Shown piece after piece: positions 62,787 through 64,000 of a stretch of 64,000 bases of DNA. The notes beneath the pieces are model-generated. The model saw nothing but the letters and a program-made list of their open reading frames with translations. It was not told the origin of the DNA and did no database searches. Location: assembly GCA_964585685.1 (NCBI GenBank), contig CAZPEP010000039.1, positions 21,043 through 85,042 of the forward strand, in the 5' to 3' direction. Made by a program: the position numbers and the translations under genes. Origin of the DNA: an uncultured Eubacteriales bacterium (GTDB taxonomy: Bacteria; Acidobacteriota; Aminicenantia; Aminicenantales; Saccharicenantaceae). Each line of letters starts with the position of its first letter. The stretch's first letter is position 1.

Positions 62787-64000
62787 ATGACCTGGAGAAG
62801 GGTCTTCCTTGCCCTCGTTTTCTCTGTATCCTCCCTAATCGGTCTCTTCGCCGCGACCCCGCCGCTGACCGGGGAGTGGACGGCGTGGCTTGATGAGGTC
62901 GAGCCGATCATGACCCGGCGGGAGCTTTCGGTCTTTAAAAGCCTGCAGACCGAGGAGGACCGGAAGAGGTTCCAGCAGATGTTCTGGAAGGCCAGAGACA
63001 CGACGCCCGGGACTCCCCAGAATGAAGCCGTGGTCGAATATTATGCCCGGAGGGGGTACGCCGGGGCCCATTACGCCGGGGCCCGGACGGATCGGGGCCG
63101 GATCTATATCCTTCTCGGAAAGCCGGCGGAGGTCCAGAATTTCTCGGGATCGGAAAAGATCGTCGATTGCGAGCTCTGGCTCTACCAGAATGAGGGGCAG
63201 AGGGGGCTCCCCCCCATGCTCTACCTTCTTTTCTACCGGAAGGACAACTTGGGAGATTACGTTCTTTTCTATCCCGGACTCAATTCCAACCTGGAGATCC
63301 TGTCTACGGGCTATATGCGGGGGAGTGTTGGGAAAGTCCAGGCCTACCGGATCATCAGCTCGAGCTTTCCCGAGCTGGCCAAGGCCACTCTGTCCGTCAT
63401 CCCGGAGGAGGCGAACTCGGCCTTCATCGGGACCCCGAACTCTTCGGCCAACGTCATCGCCCAAATCTACAACCTGCCGGAAAAGGAGGTCGAGAAGGGC
63501 TATCTCAGGAACTTCCCGGCCGTCGAGGGGACGGTCGATGTCAGCTATTCGACCAAGGAGATCGCCGCCAAAGCGTCCTTCTGGCTGACCGAACAGAACG
63601 GCATCCGTTTTCTCAATTATTCGCTCCTGCCGGAAGTGATCCGAACGGTGAAGAACCCGGACGGGTTCCAGTCCGCGCATCTCGTCTTTCACCTCCGGGT
63701 TACGGACGCGGCGGGGAGAACGATCATCCAAAGGGACAAAGAGATCCGCTTGAAGCTCGACGAGGCCAAGACGAGGGCGATGGAGGAACGGAAATTCGTC
63801 TTCAACGATCTGGTCCCGATCATCGAAGGCGATTTCGACGTCAGTCTGACCTTGACCAACAAGACTACGGAGGAATTCGCCGTCCTCAAGGAACGGATCC
63901 GGACGGGCCCCGGGGCCGTGCCGGCCGTCGTGGGTTACGAGGTCAAGGAGAAGACGGCGGGAGCTTTCGTTCCCCTGAGCCTTGGGGACGACAAGGTCCT
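62787..64000 (+). CDS. GWxTD-domain exported protein (truncated by the window end; absent from the ORF track)
   Basis: Manual translation MTWRRVFLALVFS...WLDEVEPIMTRRELSVFKSL...FWKARD..PGTPQNE...GARTDRGRIYILLGKP; no stop before 64000. Confidence 0.85.
   Translation, partial: MTWRRVFLALVFSVSSLIGLFAATPPLTGEWTAWLDEVEPIMTRRELSVFKSLQTEEDRKRFQQMFWKARDTTPGTPQNEAVVEYYARRGYAGAHYAGARTDRGRIYILLGKPAEVQNFSGSEKIVDCELWLYQNEGQRGLPPMLYLLFYRKDNLGDYVLFYPGLNSNLEILSTGYMRGSVGKVQAYRIISSSFPELAKATLSVIPEEANSAFIGTPNSSANVIAQIYNLPEKEVEKGYLRNFPAVEGTVDVSYSTKEIAAKASFWLTEQNGIRFLNYSLLPEVIRTVKNPDGFQSAHLVFHLRVTDAAGRTIIQRDKEIRLKLDEAKTRAMEERKFVFNDLVPIIEGDFDVSLTLTNKTTEEFAVLKERIRTGPGAVPAVVGYEVKEKTAGAFVPLSLGDDKV

Noticed and set aside
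321-63731. Many long antisense or alternate-frame ORFs (e.g. 321-1334, 3994-5799, 9343-10320, 17974-19509, 20030-21946, 51765-52916, 62835-63731)
   Set aside because: They overlap well-supported genes and have low-information R/G/P/A-rich translations, typical of shadow ORFs in high-GC DNA.
1-64000. CRISPR arrays, tRNA, rRNA, integrase or transposase
   Set aside because: I saw no regularly spaced repeats, cloverleaf or rRNA signatures, and no recombinase or transposase motifs in any ORF. This was a by-eye check; tRNAscan and Infernal were not run.

Overview
This 64-kb window has two parts that differ in base composition. Bases 1 to ~26,150 are very GC-rich core genome around the replication origin. 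They carry a radical SAM gene and a GNAT-like gene, then an 11-gene membrane-bound group 4 [NiFe]-hydrogenase operon with its maturation protease. After that come dnaN and dnaA with DnaA boxes and an AT-rich spacer (oriC), two lipoproteins, rpmB, a waaF-gmhB-relA unit, a CapK-like ligase, asnB, a GHL10-like hydrolase and an FmdB protein. Bases ~26,200 to ~62,700 look AT-richer by eye and form an accessory scavenging region with no integrase, transposase or tRNA that I could see. It holds a ThiF/MoaD-like/PLP-enzyme/aldehyde:ferredoxin oxidoreductase module, M24/M14/M28 peptidases, two paralogous TonB-dependent receptors, GH3 and beta-propeller glycosidases, a sulfatase-fold TPR protein, an aldo-keto reductase, and TRAP and SSS transporters. 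It also holds four divergent lipoproteins sharing an uncharacterised zincin-like domain with an E-[EH]-I-x-H motif in place of HExxH, which is the most novel element I found. The window ends inside a GWxTD-domain gene. Gene content suggests an anaerobic diderm such as Ca. Aminicenantes (Acidobacteriota); this is inference only. All family assignments come from motifs read by eye, no database search was run, and many start codons were moved from the ORF track using RBS and overlap evidence.
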